Shown here one piece after another: positions 26,196-28,245 of a stretch of DNA of 28,245 bases (positions are counted from its first letter, which is position 1; each line of letters opens with the position of its first letter). The position numbers were made by a program, and so were the translations under genes. The notes under the pieces are model-generated. The model made no database searches. It saw only the letters and a list, made by a program, of their open reading frames with translations, and was not told the DNA's origin. Where the stretch lies: NCBI GenBank assembly GCA_046484865.1, contig JAWOID010000067.1:1-28245 (forward strand). The letters run 5' to 3'. The DNA comes from Candidatus Krumholzibacteriia bacterium (GTDB taxonomy: Bacteria; Krumholzibacteriota; Krumholzibacteriia; LZORAL124-64-63).

Positions 26196-27862
26196 AAGAG
26201 CGAGTCGCCTTTCACGCGGTGATCACGGACATGGACGGGGTGCTCACACGTACCGCCAGTGTCCACCAGCGAGCCTGGAAGCGCCTCTTCGACGACTTCC
26301 TCTCGGAACGAGCGGGGCGCCGGGGCGACGATGGCGGCGGTGAGCGTGGCAGCGGTGATGCGCAGCGGGGCGAGCGCGGCGGTGGCAGCGGTGATGCGCA
26401 GCGCGACGAGCGCGGCGGAGGCAGCAGCGGACGGCCGGGCGAGAATCTCGCGCCGTTCACGGACGAGGATTACCGCCGCCACGTCGACGGCAAGCCGCGT
26501 TACGACGGCGTGCACGACTTTCTAGTCTCCCGCGGCATCGAGATGCCGCGCGGCGATGTCAATGACCCGCCGGGCCACACCAGCGAGTACGCGCTGGGAC
26601 TGCTCAAGAACGAGTACTTCCATGCGCTTCTCGAGGAGCAGGGCGTCGAGGTCTTCCCGGACGCGGTGGCGGCCGTCGACCGCTGGCGCCGTGGCGGCAT
26701 GGCCCTGGCCGCCATCTCCGCCAGCCGCAACGCCCGACACGTGCTCGACGCGTCCGACTTCACGCGCCGCTTCTCCGTGATCGTCGACGGCCAGACCGCC
26801 CAGGAGGAAGGGCTTCACGGCAAAGCCGACCTGCTGCGGAGAGCGGCCGAGCTGCTGGACGTGGATCCCGGCGAAGCCGTCGTGCTGGAGGATGCCGTCA
26901 GTGGCGTGCAGGCGGGGGCCGAGGTCGGCTTCGGCCTGGTGGTGGGCGTGGAGCGTGGCGATCCCGGCGAAGGCCATGCCCGCCGGCTGAGCGAGGCCGG
27001 TGCGGAACGGGTGGTCCGCGACCTGCGTTCGCTGCGCTTCCTGCGCCTCTTGCGTGATGCCCTGGAACACCGTCGCTCGCTCACCGAGGAACGAGCGGGA
27101 CGACCCCTGGCCGTGTTCCTCGACTTCGACGGGACCCTCTCCCCCATCGTCGAGGATCCCGGGTCGGCCGGGGTCAGCCAGTCCATGCGCGAAGCCGTCG
27201 CCGAGCTGGCGCGCCACGCCCGGGTGGCCGTGGTCAGCGGGCGCGATCGTCCCGACGTCGAGCGGCGACTCGGCCTGAAGGGGCTCTTCTACGCGGGCAG
27301 CCACGGCCTCGACATTGCCGGCCCCGGCCACGAGCGGGCGCATCCCGACGCCGCCGCCGCCGTCCCGCACGTGGAGGACGCCGAGAGTGCGCTCCGGTCG
27401 GCGCTGGCCGAAGTCGACGGCGTGGTCTTCGAGCGCAAGCGCTTCTCGCTGGCCGTGCACTACCGTCGCGTGAAGAGAGCCAGCGACGTGGAACGCGTCC
27501 ACGCCGCCGTGGCCGAAGTCCTGGCGCGTCATGCACCGCTGCGAGACAGTCCGGGCAAGAAGGTCCACGAACTGCGACCCGACGTCGACTGGGACAAGGG
27601 CCGCGCCGTGGACTGGTTGCTGGAGGCTTTGGAGATCGATGCCGCGAACACGCTGGTCCTCTACGTGGGCGACGACACCACCGACGAGGACGCCTTCGAG
27701 GCCCTGACCGGCCGCGGCCTGGGAATCCACGTGGGCCCGGCGACGAGCGACACGCTCGCCGATTACCGCGTCGCCGATCCGCCGGCGGTCGAGGAATTGC
27801 TGCGCTGGCTGGCCGAGAAGGCCGATCCCCGCGATTCGGATGACGACACGGCACCCTCGTGA
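26192..27862 (+). CDS. otsB: Fusion of a beta-phosphoglucomutase-like HAD domain and trehalose-6-phosphate phosphatase
   Basis: N-domain DMDGVLT, DGKPRYDGV, SASRN and VLEDAVSG; C-domain FLDFDGTLSPI, VVSGR, YAGSHG, WDKG and YVGDDTTDEDAF. ATGA overlap with the GH65 stop. Confidence 0.9.
   Translation: MKERVAFHAVITDMDGVLTRTASVHQRAWKRLFDDFLSERAGRRGDDGGGERGSGDAQRGERGGGSGDAQRDERGGGSSGRPGENLAPFTDEDYRRHVDGKPRYDGVHDFLVSRGIEMPRGDVNDPPGHTSEYALGLLKNEYFHALLEEQGVEVFPDAVAAVDRWRRGGMALAAISASRNARHVLDASDFTRRFSVIVDGQTAQEEGLHGKADLLRRAAELLDVDPGEAVVLEDAVSGVQAGAEVGFGLVVGVERGDPGEGHARRLSEAGAERVVRDLRSLRFLRLLRDALEHRRSLTEERAGRPLAVFLDFDGTLSPIVEDPGSAGVSQSMREAVAELARHARVAVVSGRDRPDVERRLGLKGLFYAGSHGLDIAGPGHERAHPDAAAAVPHVEDAESALRSALAEVDGVVFERKRFSLAVHYRRVKRASDVERVHAAVAEVLARHAPLRDSPGKKVHELRPDVDWDKGRAVDWLLEALEIDAANTLVLYVGDDTTDEDAFEALTGRGLGIHVGPATSDTLADYRVADPPAVEELLRWLAEKADPRDSDDDTAPS
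26348..26425. repeat. 36-bp tandem duplication (GSGDAQR(G/D)ERGG x2) within a Gly-rich insert of the HAD domain
   Basis: Units at 26348-26383 and 26384-26419. Confidence 0.8.
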
Positions 27863-27888
27863 ACGGCGCGCGATTCCCGTAGCAGGTC

Positions 27889-27944
27889 GGCAGCCCGGCT
27901 GCGCGGCAGCCCGGCTGGGAGGCTGAGCGGCTGGGCGGCTGAGC
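27889..27944. repeat. 8-bp periodic array GGC(A/T)GNNN x7 downstream of the otsB-like gene
   Basis: GGCAGCCC GGCTGCGC GGCAGCCC GGCTGGGA GGCTGAGC GGCTGGGC GGCTGAGC. Confidence 0.7.
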
Positions 27945-27965
27945 GGCCCCGGAGACGCCGCGGGC

Positions 27966-28102
27966 GAGCACCCGGGTGCAGGACTAAGTGAACCCGGATT
28001 CCGGACCGACCCTCTCTGGTTTGAGTGGACCCGGGTGCAGGACCGCTCGACTTTGGTACGAGTGGACCCGGGTGCAGGACTCTATCAGTCTTGTCCCCGG
28101 TC
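27966..28102. repeat. Cluster of GAGTGGACCCGGGTGCAGGAC repeats (37-bp period) with a terminal inverted copy
   Basis: Exact copies at 28023-28043 and 28060-28080, a 16/21 copy at 27986-28006, a partial copy at 27966-27984, and an inverted imperfect copy at 28087-28102. Confidence 0.85.
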
Positions 28103-28167
28103 GATGCGCGCGGGTCCGAGCTGGCCAAAAGTTCTCGCCTTCACGGGGATGATTTGCGACCGTCGCC

Positions 28168-28196
28168 TTGACATTCGCCTCTTGTTCGCTTATCTT
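28168..28196 (+). promoter_or_regulatory. sigma70-type promoter
   Basis: TTGACA (28168-28173), a 17-bp spacer, then TATCTT (28191-28196). Confidence 0.75.
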
Positions 28197-28203
28197 GATC
28201 CCA

Positions 28204-28245
28204 ATGACCTCCCGCCTCCCGGGTCGTTGTATCGCTGGTTCGTTC
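28204..28245 (+). CDS. Possible start of a leaderless gene (MTSRLPGRCIAGSF...), truncated by the window edge
   Basis: ATG lies 7 nt after the -10 box and the frame is open to the end of the window. Only 14 codons are visible. Confidence 0.3.
   Translation, partial: MTSRLPGRCIAGSF

Noticed and set aside
27986..28080. CRISPR array
   Set aside because: The linkers are only 16 nt and resemble each other, there are few copies, and no cas genes are in the window. Kept as a repeat cluster instead.

Overview
Very GC-rich bacterial DNA, probably from a diderm because it encodes a likely outer-membrane beta-barrel. It reads as a general-stress/desiccation gene neighbourhood with a respiratory block embedded in it. 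Left to right: the 3' end of an SDR oxidoreductase (+); then on the minus strand a UvrD-like helicase with a long unassigned N-terminal extension, an 11-heme membrane-anchored cytochrome c, cytochrome b, a Rieske protein, a putative porin, an FAD/4Fe-4S 2-hydroxyacid dehydrogenase, an enolase-superfamily gene remnant and a PoxB-like ThDP enzyme; a divergent YciE/YciF ferritin-like gene (+); a minus-strand operon of a collapsed chimeric ORF, a CgeB-like glycosyltransferase, a GH15 and a small membrane protein; and a tight plus-strand operon of DNA topoisomerase IB, Ku, LigD, a GH65 phosphorylase and a beta-PGM-like HAD/trehalose-6-phosphate phosphatase fusion. The window ends in repeat arrays and a near-consensus sigma70 promoter. 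The most notable points are TopIB heading an NHEJ operon that continues into a possible OtsA-independent trehalose route, and a Rieske/cytochrome b complex whose c1 is replaced by an 11-heme cytochrome next to a porin. All protein calls come from reading motifs by eye; no database searches were run.
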